From: Candidatus Latescibacterota bacterium
GTDB taxonomy: Bacteria > Latescibacterota > UBA2968 > UBA8231
Direction of reading: 5' to 3'
NCBI GenBank assembly: GCA_965203175.1
Contig: OZ241867.1
Coordinates: forward strand, 2,944,001 to 3,008,000
Length of the DNA: 64,000 bases
The notes beneath the pieces are model-generated. The model saw only the letters and a list, made by a program, of their open reading frames with translations. It was not told the DNA's origin and ran no database searches. The stretch's first letter is position 1; every line of letters begins with the position of its first letter. Shown here in pieces: positions 10,395-19,127 of this stretch. Made by a program: the position numbers and the translations under genes.

Positions 10395-10406
10395 GGGCCG
10401 GTCGCG

Positions 10407-11396
10407 TCAATTGTTGCGTTCGACGACGAGCTGCACGGCTCGTTCTAGTGCTGTACGGGCCGGGGAAGGAGCCAGCACTTCTAAGCACTTCTGAGCGTGG
10501 GCAGCGTATTCGTGTGCGGTCTCGACGGCAGCGGCGACTCCTTGGTGCTTGTCGACAAAGGCCACGATCTGCCCCCATTCGGCTTCGTCCTTGTCCGGCC
10601 GGGCCAAAAGGGCTTCCATTTCGGCCCGTGCTCCTGAAGGGGCTCGCTGTAAGGCACGTATCAGTGGCAGAGTGATCTTGCCTTCGCGCAGGTCGTGCCC
10701 GACGGGCTTGCCCATGGTCGCCTGATCGCTGGTGAGATCAAGGACGTCGTCGGCAACTTGAAAGGCGCGGCCGAGCGACTCTCCGTAGCGCCCCATGGAT
10801 TGCACGATCTCGTCCGATGCGCCGGCGAGAATTGCGCCAATCCGCGCTGCGGCCGAGATCAGGGAGGCCGTCTTGTCGCTGACCATGGCAAAGTACGACT
10901 CCTCGCGCGTATCGCACTGAGTGCCGATCTGGATTTCAAATATCTCGCCCATGCTCAGCCGCTCGGTGGCGTGCGCGACTGCGCTCAGGACCTGCAGATT
11001 GCCGGTTCCGATTAGCAGGCGCAGTGCGCGCGCGAGGAGAAAGTCGCCCATGAGTACTGCAATCTGCCCGGTCCAGCGCTCGTTGACCGTCTCTCGGCCC
11101 CGGCGCACGGTCGCTGAATCCACTACGTCGTCGTGGGCCATGGTGGCGGCGTGAATCATTTCGACGGCCACGGCCGTGTCGATTAGCTGTTCGTTCCAGT
11201 CGCCAGACGCTTTGGCCACCAGCAAGATGAGGGCTGGCCGGAGGCGCTTGCCCTTGAGGGTGGCCATGTAGCGGGCAATGACGTGGACCAGCTCGACATC
11301 GGCGTTGAGCTCGGCGTTGAGCCGCTTTTCAAATCGGGCCAGTTCTTGATCGATCAGACCTATGCAGGGGTCCATGAGAAAGGCATCTGTCGGCAT
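10407..11396 (-). CDS. Polyprenyl diphosphate synthase (IspB-like)
   Basis: GKRLRP, HDDVVD..RRG, GDFL, KTA, FQVADDVLD, GK..G.DLREGK.TLP; alternative start ATG 11375. Confidence 0.92.
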   Translation of the reverse strand: MPTDAFLMDPCIGLIDQELARFEKRLNAELNADVELVHVIARYMATLKGKRLRPALILLVAKASGDWNEQLIDTAVAVEMIHAATMAHDDVVDSATVRRGRETVNERWTGQIAVLMGDFLLARALRLLIGTGNLQVLSAVAHATERLSMGEIFEIQIGTQCDTREESYFAMVSDKTASLISAAARIGAILAGASDEIVQSMGRYGESLGRAFQVADDVLDLTSDQATMGKPVGHDLREGKITLPLIRALQRAPSGARAEMEALLARPDKDEAEWGQIVAFVDKHQGVAAAVETAHEYAAHAQKCLEVLAPSPARTALERAVQLVVERNN

Positions 11397-11424
11397 TAAA
11401 TCGCTACATAAATAGAAAATTTAG

Positions 11425-11453
11425 AAGCTAAGTATTGAAAATATGCCTGTCAA
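11425..11453 (-). promoter_or_regulatory. Sigma70-type promoter for the polyprenyl synthase-apbE-secDF run
   Basis: Minus strand TTGACA-N17-TAGCTT. Confidence 0.6.
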
Positions 11454-11535
11454 TCTGTGTACGGGGTGCTGGCAATGGATTGATTGCGCTCTATGGCTTA
11501 TACTTGTCGCTCCATCGCAACAAGGGGAGGTCGCT

Positions 11536-12720
11536 ATGAAAATTACCCAGATTAAGACCTATTTGATGCAGTGCGCGCCCCCGCAGGCGAGCGGTTGGTC
11601 GGCGCGCAATTGGCTCTTCGTCAAGGTCGAGACCGACGCCGGCATCTACGGCGTGGGCGAGGCGTCGGGCTGGCCGCGCGTGGTCGAAACGGCCATCCAC
11701 GACCTGACGCCTTTGATGATCGGCGAAGATCCCTTCCACATCGAGCGGCTATGGGGCAAGATGCAGGTGGCGATGATGGGCCACGGCATGACCGGCATCG
11801 TCGGCTCTGGTGCCATGACCGGTATTGAGATGGCCCTGTGGGACATCAAGGGCAAGGCCCTCGGGCAGCCGGTGTGGAACCTCTTGGGTGGCAAGATGCG
11901 CGACCGGGTGCGGGTCTATGCCCACGCGCACGAGAAAGAGCGGGCACGCGCCTTGGTTGATCAAGGCTATACGGCGATCAAGACCGGAGGTATCAACAAC
12001 TGCGTCGAAACGGTTGCCGCCATCCGCAAGGAAGTCGGCGACGAGGTGGATCTCATGGTCGATGTCCACGGCCCGCCTTGGCTGACGACGCGCGACGCCA
12101 TTGCCTTGGGTCGCGCGCTTGAAGACTACGACCTGCTGTTTTACGAGGATCCAGTAGCTCCTGAAAACATCGATGCCCTCGCCCGGGTTGCCGAAGCAGT
12201 GGACATTCCCATTGCCGCGGGCGAACGCCACGCCACCATTTGGGGGGTAAAAGAGCTGATTGAGCGCGAAATCATCGATGTGGTACAGCCAGATACGGGC
12301 CGCGCTGGAGGCCTGGGGCAGATGAAGAAGATCGCCGCTATGGCCGAGGCTCACTACTGCACGGTAGCCCCGCACGACGGTTCGTTGGGGCCGGTGGCCG
12401 AAATGGCGGCCGTACACCTGATGGCTACACTACCCAATTTTCTGATCTTGGAGCACCTAGCCGACGATGTGCCGCAGCGCTACGAGGTGATGACCGGCCA
12501 GCCCGAAGTGGTCGATAGTCATATCGCGGTGCCGGATGCGCCCGGACTCGGCGTGGACCTCGTCGAGGAGGCGATTGCCCAATACCCGTCGCAGGGCAAC
12601 ATCGCCGCTCCGGACGCGAGCTATGACTATCAATACATCCAAGCGCGAATTGGGCGGGCACTATGGCTCAGCGAACGGGAAATGCCGCCGCCGGACTATC
12701 GTCCAGGCGAGATATACTAG
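11536..12720 (+). CDS. Mandelate racemase/muconate lactonizing enzyme family protein (galactonate dehydratase-like)
   Basis: GGGGAGG RBS then ATG 11536; WLFVKVETD.G..G.GE, ALWDIKGK, MVDVHG, FYEDP, AAGER, QPD..GG, PGLGV. Confidence 0.9.
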   Translation: MKITQIKTYLMQCAPPQASGWSARNWLFVKVETDAGIYGVGEASGWPRVVETAIHDLTPLMIGEDPFHIERLWGKMQVAMMGHGMTGIVGSGAMTGIEMALWDIKGKALGQPVWNLLGGKMRDRVRVYAHAHEKERARALVDQGYTAIKTGGINNCVETVAAIRKEVGDEVDLMVDVHGPPWLTTRDAIALGRALEDYDLLFYEDPVAPENIDALARVAEAVDIPIAAGERHATIWGVKELIEREIIDVVQPDTGRAGGLGQMKKIAAMAEAHYCTVAPHDGSLGPVAEMAAVHLMATLPNFLILEHLADDVPQRYEVMTGQPEVVDSHIAVPDAPGLGVDLVEEAIAQYPSQGNIAAPDASYDYQYIQARIGRALWLSEREMPPPDYRPGEIY

Positions 12721-13832
12721 GCGTACAGCTTGCCTGGGTTGAAAATGCCTCGTGGGTCGAGGGAGCGCTTGAGCATCTGGTTCATGCGCGCTGCGCCGGC
12801 GCTGAGCGGGGTAAAGGCCTTTTCGTTGTGCTCGTCGGCTGCAAAGCGCCAGCCAAGGGCTTGGTGGCGCGCTGCGATGCGATGCAAGCGCGAAGCTTGG
12901 GCGGCTACGGGCAACAGCGCCCACAGCAAGCCGCCGGCCCAGTCCAGTCCCCAGCGGCTCAGGCCTTCGGCCTCTAGCGTTTCCATTAGCGGCACCATCT
13001 TGGTCGGCGGTCCAGAAAAGCGCCAGCGCTGTTGGCCCTCGGCCGGAATCAGCCATTCGAGTTCGCGCCAGCGCCGCCAGAAGGCTTGCGATTTGGCCTC
13101 TTCCACGACCTCTGACTCTGCTGATTCTTCTCCGCGCAGCGTTGCTAGTTGCGCCCGCACGGCTGATGCCGGGCCTTCGACGCGGGCGGCTAACCGGTCG
13201 GCGTCGCAGACTAGGCCTGTGATCTGGAGGGGCCGCGCCGCCCAGTTGAGAATCCGCTCCAGCGCTGCTGCGGGCGTCAGTCCGTGTATGAACAGAGTCG
13301 CTTGGGTTTCGGGGCGCGGCCAGACCTTGAGGCAGACTTCGGTAAGCACCCCCAGCGTTCCGAAGGAGCCGGCCAGCACCTTGGACAGATCGTAGCCCGT
13401 GACGTTTTTGACGACTTTGCCGCCGGTGCGAATTCGCTCGCCGCAGCCGTCGATCAGTTCGGCACCGAGTAAGTGATCGCGCAGCGCACCCATCTTGAAG
13501 CGCCGCGGTCCCGAGAGATTGCAGGCTACAGTACCGCCAATGGTCGCGGCTGCACCCCAAGCGGGTGGTTCAAAAGCGAAGTACTGATTTTCGCTACGGC
13601 ACAGGGCTTTTATTTCGCTCAGCTTGGTGCCCGAGCGAGCGACTAGGACCAACTCGTTTGGTTCGTAGCTGACGACGCCGGTCAGAGCGGAGAGGTCCAG
13701 GGGGATTCCGTCGTGTTGGCGTCCGAGAAAGGACTTAGTGCGGCCAGCAAAAATTTTTAAGGCCGCGTTTTCGGCTAGGGCTTGGCGAACTCGCTCTTGG
13801 ATGGCATCGGATGCGTCGTCGCCGTGGTTCAT
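12717..13832 (-). CDS. glcE: FAD-binding glycolate oxidase subunit GlcE-like
   Basis: G.VSYEP.EL, FEPP, TIGG.VA.NLSGPRR...G..RD, GGKVVKNVTGYDL.K, GSFGTLG, DPRGIFNPG. Confidence 0.85.
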   Translation of the reverse strand: MNHGDDASDAIQERVRQALAENAALKIFAGRTKSFLGRQHDGIPLDLSALTGVVSYEPNELVLVARSGTKLSEIKALCRSENQYFAFEPPAWGAAATIGGTVACNLSGPRRFKMGALRDHLLGAELIDGCGERIRTGGKVVKNVTGYDLSKVLAGSFGTLGVLTEVCLKVWPRPETQATLFIHGLTPAAALERILNWAARPLQITGLVCDADRLAARVEGPASAVRAQLATLRGEESAESEVVEEAKSQAFWRRWRELEWLIPAEGQQRWRFSGPPTKMVPLMETLEAEGLSRWGLDWAGGLLWALLPVAAQASRLHRIAARHQALGWRFAADEHNEKAFTPLSAGAARMNQMLKRSLDPRGIFNPGKLYA

Positions 13833-13864
13833 GTGCGCGGAGGGCGAGGGTGGTTTTTACCCGC

Positions 13865-14092
13865 TCAGACCTTGATCCCGTTTTCTTTCAGGAACTGATG
13901 GACGCCTTTTTTGTTTAAAATGCGTAGGGCACGGGCGGTCAGGCGTAGGGTGACGGTGCGGTTTTCCTCGGGAATGAAGATGCGCTTTTTGATGAGATTA
14001 GGCTGTTGGACGCGTTTGGTTTTGCGCTGCGAGTGACTGACGTTGTTGCCAACTAAGCCCTTGACTTTGGTCAGGCTGCATTGTCTGGCCAT
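13865..14092 (-). CDS. rpmB: 50S ribosomal protein L28 (one Cys only; non-zinc-ribbon form)
   Basis: MARQC..T.K...GNNVSHS..KTKR...PNL; GGAG RBS. Confidence 0.96.
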   Translation of the reverse strand: MARQCSLTKVKGLVGNNVSHSQRKTKRVQQPNLIKKRIFIPEENRTVTLRLTARALRILNKKGVHQFLKENGIKV

Positions 14093-14118
14093 GAGTGTCT
14101 CCCTGTAAGAAACAGTAA

Positions 14119-14147
14119 AATGTAGCGGTGCTAAGCCGATAAGTCAA
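14119..14147 (-). promoter_or_regulatory. Sigma70-type promoter of rpmB
   Basis: Minus strand TTGACT-N17-TACATT. Confidence 0.6.
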
Positions 14148-14212
14148 GGTGGGATGCCCTTGACAAAAGAGGGGCTTGGAATGACCTTAAAAGTGCCAAT
14201 CGCCATGATCAA

Positions 14213-17200
14213 ATGACCAATCCCCACCTATACCATTTTATGAGATTCACATGCTGCTTTTGTGCGCTAGCCCTTTTTTGCGGAGGCGCGGCTATGGCGG
14301 AATTGCGCGTAAGCGAACAGACGCCACAGCGCCTGCGACTGGTCTGGGTTCCCGAGGGCCGAGAATTAGAACAGGGGCGTGGTGCCTTGATCGGCATCCC
14401 AATCGACGGTCAGGTTCGCTTGGAGTTGGTCGAAGCCCGCGTAGCGCGGACGGATCGCGCCGCTGAGGACGTCGCGCCCACACCTGGGCCGGCCTTCCTC
14501 GGCGAGAGCGGCTTTGCGCGCCGCCAGCGAGTTGTTCCGGTGGCGTTTGCCCCGCGCGTCGAAGCGGACGGGACGCGGACCTTATATGATCGCATCGTCG
14601 TTGACCTACACGTGACCGGCAGTGACGGCACCCGCGTTGCCGATCCTTGGGGCGAAGCATTCTACCGAGGGGTGCTCGCCAACCCCGAGCAAGCCAGAAA
14701 CTGGCGATTGCCACCTAAGCGGCGGCCGGCGCTCAAGGCCGCGTTGCAGGGAGGAACTTGGTTGCGGATCCTCGTCTCGGAAGAGGGGATGTACAGGATC
14801 TCGGGTGCCGACTTAGAGGCCGCCGGGGTGTCGCTCGGCGATGTCGATCCGGCGAGTTTGCGCCTGCACTACGGAGGCGGCAACGCCTTGCCCGTCAACG
14901 AGATAAGCCCGCCCCAAGCCATGCGAGAAGTGGGCTTGGTTGTAGAAGACGGAGGCGATGGCCGCTTGGATGCGGACGACTTCGTCTTGTTTTGGGCCGA
15001 GCCGGTCAGCCGCTGGGAATACGCGCCGGCTAGTCGCTCGTTTCAATATCGGCACAACCTCTACACGCGCGAGAACGCGTACTGGCTGGGTTTTGGCGGT
15101 GGGGTCGAGGGGCAGCGGGCCGAACAGAGGAGCGGTGCCTTAACCGCGGCCGACCCGCAGCAGCCCACGAGCTATCGGATGCGGGTTCACGAGGAAGCCG
15201 AGCAGTTCGTTCTCCACCAACTTTTTAGCATCAAGTCCGGCTATACTTGGTACTGGGAGGACTTTCGCGGCAATGCGCGCAATTTCCCGGTGCTAGTGCG
15301 GCAGGCCGTCTCCGAGCCGGTGGCTGTGCGCTTGGGTTTTATCGGGATACCTGAGACGCGGCCGCGTTTTTCAGTGCGCTGGAACGAAGCGACCATTGGA
15401 ACAGTGACTTTTACATTCCCAAAGCAACTGGGTGACCGGAGGTATGCTGCATCTGATACGCTGTGGGCGGCGCTAGGAGCGCAGGAGGGGCTGAACCACT
15501 TGGGGATCTTCCACTCTGGTAATCCGTGCCGCTTCGACTGGTACGAAGTAGAGTATAGCCGCGGCTTTGTCGCCGAGCGCGGCGAGTTGCTCTTCACCTA
15601 TCCGCTGACGGGCACCACGGAATTTCGCCTCGCTGGTTTTGCTGACGAACAGCCTCGCGTCTTCGAGGTCTCTGCAGGGTTGGCCGAGGTCGTGGACTTC
15701 GCGTACGACGCGCAAGATGGGACGGTAATTTTTCAGGATCAGCCCGGGGATGTGCCGCGTCAGTACGCAGTTGGCGGCCCAGCGACTTGGAAGCGACCCG
15801 TGCGGATCGAACTCGATTTGCCCGGCAATTTGACGACCGGGGCTTGGGGGGCCGATTGGGTGGCGATTTACCACCGCGATTTTCGCGCCGCGGCCGAGCG
15901 CTTGGCGCAATGGCGGGCTGCAGACGACCGCTTCGGTCGGCCCCTGCGGACGGCGGCCATCGACATACAAGACATCTACGACGAGTTTTCCGGCGGGATC
16001 TTGGACCCAACGGCGATCCGCAATTTTCTCGCCTATGCGGCCGAACACTGGGATCCCGTGCCCATGTTCGTGACCTTGATCGGCGACGGCTCGTACGACT
16101 ACAAAAATAATTCGTCCATCAGTCAGGGTAATTGGATCCCAGCTTTCCAAGACGGCGACAGCACGTACGACGAGTGGTACACGCGTGTGGTAGGGGGCGA
16201 TTTGTTTCCCGACATGGCCATTGGTCGGCTGACCGTGCAGACCGCAGCCGAAGCCGATGTAGTCGTCGACAAAATAATTGACTACGACCGCGCACCCGAA
16301 GTGGGGCCTTGGCAGAGCCGAATAGCACTGGTCTCGGACGATTTGCTCAATCGAGACCATCCAGACAAGGTCGAGTCGATGTTTATCCGCGACAGCGAGC
16401 GCATGGCCGAGCACATCCTGCCCAAGGACTTGGACTTGATCAAGCTTTATACCGGACAATTCCCCCTAGAGGGGCAGGAGAAACCGCGGGCACGGGAAGA
16501 GTTCATTCGGCTATTTAACAAAGGCTCGCTAAATTTGATCTATTTGGGGCATGGCACGTACAACCGCTTGTCCCATGAATGGATGTTCTTCCTTTCCCGC
16601 GATTTGGACAAGCTCAAAAACGGCGGTCGCTTGCCCTTGTTTTTCACGGCTGCAAGTCAGGTTGGAGTGTTCGACGATCCCGTGCGTATCTCCACGCCCG
16701 AGGCGCTGCTGCTGAAGGAAGATGGGGGCGTGATCGGCATGATTTGCGCGACCCGGATAGGATATCACCCCACCAATGTCCAGTTGGTCAACCAGTTCTA
16801 CTGGCAGATGTACCGCACCCAACGGGAGCACGTGCCGATTGGGTTGGCCCTCACCGAAGCCAAGCAATTGCTGTTGCCGCGGTATGACTCCAGAGGTGCC
16901 ACAACATTTCGCAACATTCAGCGCTACTCGCTCTTCGGCGATCCGGCGACGCGCTTGGCTGTGCCGCGCTTTCAGGTGCAGATCGATGTGGCCGATTCGC
17001 TCAGTGCCCTCGGCGAAGTGCCCATCGCCGGCCAAGTCCTTGACTCAGCCGGTGAACCAGCCACCGCCTACGAAGGCCAAGTGTGGTTGCAGGCATTTGA
17101 TTCGAGTGCGCAGAGTGACTTAGAGGGTTTTGCCTATGAGCAGACTGGCGCTCCGATTTTTCGCGGCCGCTTTCCAGTAGCCGAAGGCCGCTTCCGCGCT

Positions 17201-17962
17201 GCGTTTCGGGTTCCCAAAGATATTACCTACGGAGGAGAGAACGGCCGCATCAGCGCCTACGCTTGGAGCGATGACAGCCCGGCGGCCTTTGGCTCGGTGA
17301 GCAGTATAGTGCTGGCGGGCACGGCCCAAGGCGTGGAAGCAGACGTGGAAGGGCCGGAAATTTCCCTGCGCTTCGAGGGGGCCAAAGGCACCACGATTCC
17401 GCGGCAGACGGTGTTGTTGGCCTCGATTGCGGATCCCAGCGGCATCAACATCACTGGAGAGACCGGACACGAAATCGAGTTGGCTATCGACGGCGAACTG
17501 TTTACCTTGACGGAGCTTTACAGCGTGCAGGGCGGGGACTATCGGCAGGGGGTCATTGAATTTCCTCTGCCCGAATTGGAAACCGGCAAACGCGAAATCC
17601 GCCTGAAGGCTTGGGACAACTTCAACAATTCGTCGCGCACGACGATGACAGTGAATGTCGCGGATGACGGCGAAGGAACTGCGAGTCTTACCAACGTCCT
17701 GTTTTACCCGAATCCCATGCGCGAGAGCGGCTATTTCACGTATAATCTAGAAGACGACATGCGCGCTGTGCAGATAGAGGTCTTTTCGCTGGCCGGTCGG
17801 CTGATAGAACAGTTGGACGGACAGACGCGCGCTGGATACAACCAAGTACCTTGGACACCACCGGCGGGCTTGGCCAATGGTGCGTATATTTACCGAATAG
17901 AGGCCGAACGGGAAAGCGGTGCTGCGGTTGCGCACCGTGCCGTCTTGCAGGTCGCCAAGTGA
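14213..17962 (+). CDS. porU: T9SS sortase PorU-like protein (peptidase C25 fold plus CTD); Ser at the expected catalytic Cys
   Basis: Signal peptide; GMYRISG.DL, HNLYTRENAYWL, IYDEFSGG..DPTAIRNFL, LIGDGSYDYK, AIGRL, YLGHG, LFGDP, DPSGIN.TG..GHEI, LKAWDNFNNS, C-terminal YPNP..GAYIYRI. Start may be ATG 14240. Confidence 0.85.
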   Translation: MTNPHLYHFMRFTCCFCALALFCGGAAMAELRVSEQTPQRLRLVWVPEGRELEQGRGALIGIPIDGQVRLELVEARVARTDRAAEDVAPTPGPAFLGESGFARRQRVVPVAFAPRVEADGTRTLYDRIVVDLHVTGSDGTRVADPWGEAFYRGVLANPEQARNWRLPPKRRPALKAALQGGTWLRILVSEEGMYRISGADLEAAGVSLGDVDPASLRLHYGGGNALPVNEISPPQAMREVGLVVEDGGDGRLDADDFVLFWAEPVSRWEYAPASRSFQYRHNLYTRENAYWLGFGGGVEGQRAEQRSGALTAADPQQPTSYRMRVHEEAEQFVLHQLFSIKSGYTWYWEDFRGNARNFPVLVRQAVSEPVAVRLGFIGIPETRPRFSVRWNEATIGTVTFTFPKQLGDRRYAASDTLWAALGAQEGLNHLGIFHSGNPCRFDWYEVEYSRGFVAERGELLFTYPLTGTTEFRLAGFADEQPRVFEVSAGLAEVVDFAYDAQDGTVIFQDQPGDVPRQYAVGGPATWKRPVRIELDLPGNLTTGAWGADWVAIYHRDFRAAAERLAQWRAADDRFGRPLRTAAIDIQDIYDEFSGGILDPTAIRNFLAYAAEHWDPVPMFVTLIGDGSYDYKNNSSISQGNWIPAFQDGDSTYDEWYTRVVGGDLFPDMAIGRLTVQTAAEADVVVDKIIDYDRAPEVGPWQSRIALVSDDLLNRDHPDKVESMFIRDSERMAEHILPKDLDLIKLYTGQFPLEGQEKPRAREEFIRLFNKGSLNLIYLGHGTYNRLSHEWMFFLSRDLDKLKNGGRLPLFFTAASQVGVFDDPVRISTPEALLLKEDGGVIGMICATRIGYHPTNVQLVNQFYWQMYRTQREHVPIGLALTEAKQLLLPRYDSRGATTFRNIQRYSLFGDPATRLAVPRFQVQIDVADSLSALGEVPIAGQVLDSAGEPATAYEGQVWLQAFDSSAQSDLEGFAYEQTGAPIFRGRFPVAEGRFRAAFRVPKDITYGGENGRISAYAWSDDSPAAFGSVSSIVLAGTAQGVEADVEGPEISLRFEGAKGTTIPRQTVLLASIADPSGINITGETGHEIELAIDGELFTLTELYSVQGGDYRQGVIEFPLPELETGKREIRLKAWDNFNNSSRTTMTVNVADDGEGTASLTNVLFYPNPMRESGYFTYNLEDDMRAVQIEVFSLAGRLIEQLDGQTRAGYNQVPWTPPAGLANGAYIYRIEAERESGAAVAHRAVLQVAK

Positions 17963-18098
17963 GGCATTGTGAGAGGAGTGCTTTTGCATCAGTGAGATCG
18001 TCTTAGTACGCAGGAGGCATCATTTTTATATTTTATCCCGAGCTGAGGAGGACTCCGCTATGAGGAATCTGACGACCTTACTGATGGTCTGTCTTTGC
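17941..18098 (+). repeat. Copy 1 of a ~150-bp direct repeat (porU end, spacer, porV start)
   Basis: Aligns by eye to 21863-22009; first 23 nt identical (cgtcttgcaggtcgccaagtgag). Confidence 0.9.
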
Positions 18099-19109
18099 AT
18101 GGGTGTGTGGCCCACTAGGGTGCAGGCCACGCCCGAGAGCCGCGCAGGCGTGCTTTTTCTGTTGATCGAGCCAGGGGCCCGCGCCGTTGCCATGGGCGAA
18201 TCGTACGTGGCAGTGGCCGACGACGCCACGGCCGGCTACTTCAATCCGGCTTCCTTAGTCGGGCAGAGCAGAAAAAAGATGCACTTTACCCACAGCAAAT
18301 GGCTGCCTGGGCTGGCCGACGATTTGTCCTACGAGTTTTTGGCCTATTCTATGCCGATAGAAGGTGGAGGCATTGGCTTCAACGTCGCGTTAATGAACCT
18401 GGGCGAGCAGACTCGCACGGGAGAGCGCGGCGAAGTCCTAGGCACCTTCCGCAGTCATGAAGTGGCAGTGTCTGCAGCTTATGGGGCACAGATCGGTAAC
18501 AAAACGACCGCTGGCATCAGTTTGAAGTTCATCCGCAGCAGTTTGGCTCCTGTGGGAGCTGGCAGAGAGCGCGGCGAGGGCATAGGCAATAGCTTTGCCG
18601 CAGATTTGGGATTTTTGTGGAGGGCTACGCCTGATCTCAATATGGGCATAGCTTTGCGCAATTTGGGTCCCAAGATCGCGTATATCGACGCCAGCCAGGC
18701 CGATCCGCTGCCCCAGCACATCGTCGTTGGGGTGGCTTATGAGGTGATGGATACCCAGTACAACGACCTACTATTGTCCTGTGATCTATACAAGCCCTTG
18801 ATCGCCGATGGATCGTTTGTGAGCAACTTGGCCACGTCTTGGGCCGACGAGAGCTTGAGCAATGAATTTAAGGAGATGGATCTGCGCGTGGGCGGCGAGT
18901 ACCAGTACGGGCTTTCCGCGCGCGAGGACGAGGCCTTCATTGCATTGCGCTCCGGTATTTCGCTGGACAGAGATGGCGAACTAAATGTCCAGACCTTCGG
19001 CCTTGGGCTAAAGTACAACCGCATCCAGATCGACGTGGCTTATGTCATCGGCAATGATCAATCGCCGATGGATGACAATGTGCGGTATTCGATGAATCTC
19101 CTTTTTTAG
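18060..19109 (+). CDS. porV: PorV-family outer-membrane beta-barrel (T9SS shuttle)
   Basis: FLLIEPGARAVAMGE, DDATAGYFNPA, KWLPGLADDL, LKFIRSSL, NLGPKIAY..DPLP; C-terminal Phe; directly after porU. Confidence 0.85.
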   Translation: MRNLTTLLMVCLCMGVWPTRVQATPESRAGVLFLLIEPGARAVAMGESYVAVADDATAGYFNPASLVGQSRKKMHFTHSKWLPGLADDLSYEFLAYSMPIEGGGIGFNVALMNLGEQTRTGERGEVLGTFRSHEVAVSAAYGAQIGNKTTAGISLKFIRSSLAPVGAGRERGEGIGNSFAADLGFLWRATPDLNMGIALRNLGPKIAYIDASQADPLPQHIVVGVAYEVMDTQYNDLLLSCDLYKPLIADGSFVSNLATSWADESLSNEFKEMDLRVGGEYQYGLSAREDEAFIALRSGISLDRDGELNVQTFGLGLKYNRIQIDVAYVIGNDQSPMDDNVRYSMNLLF

Positions 19110-19127
19110 AGGATTTTCCCCATCCCT

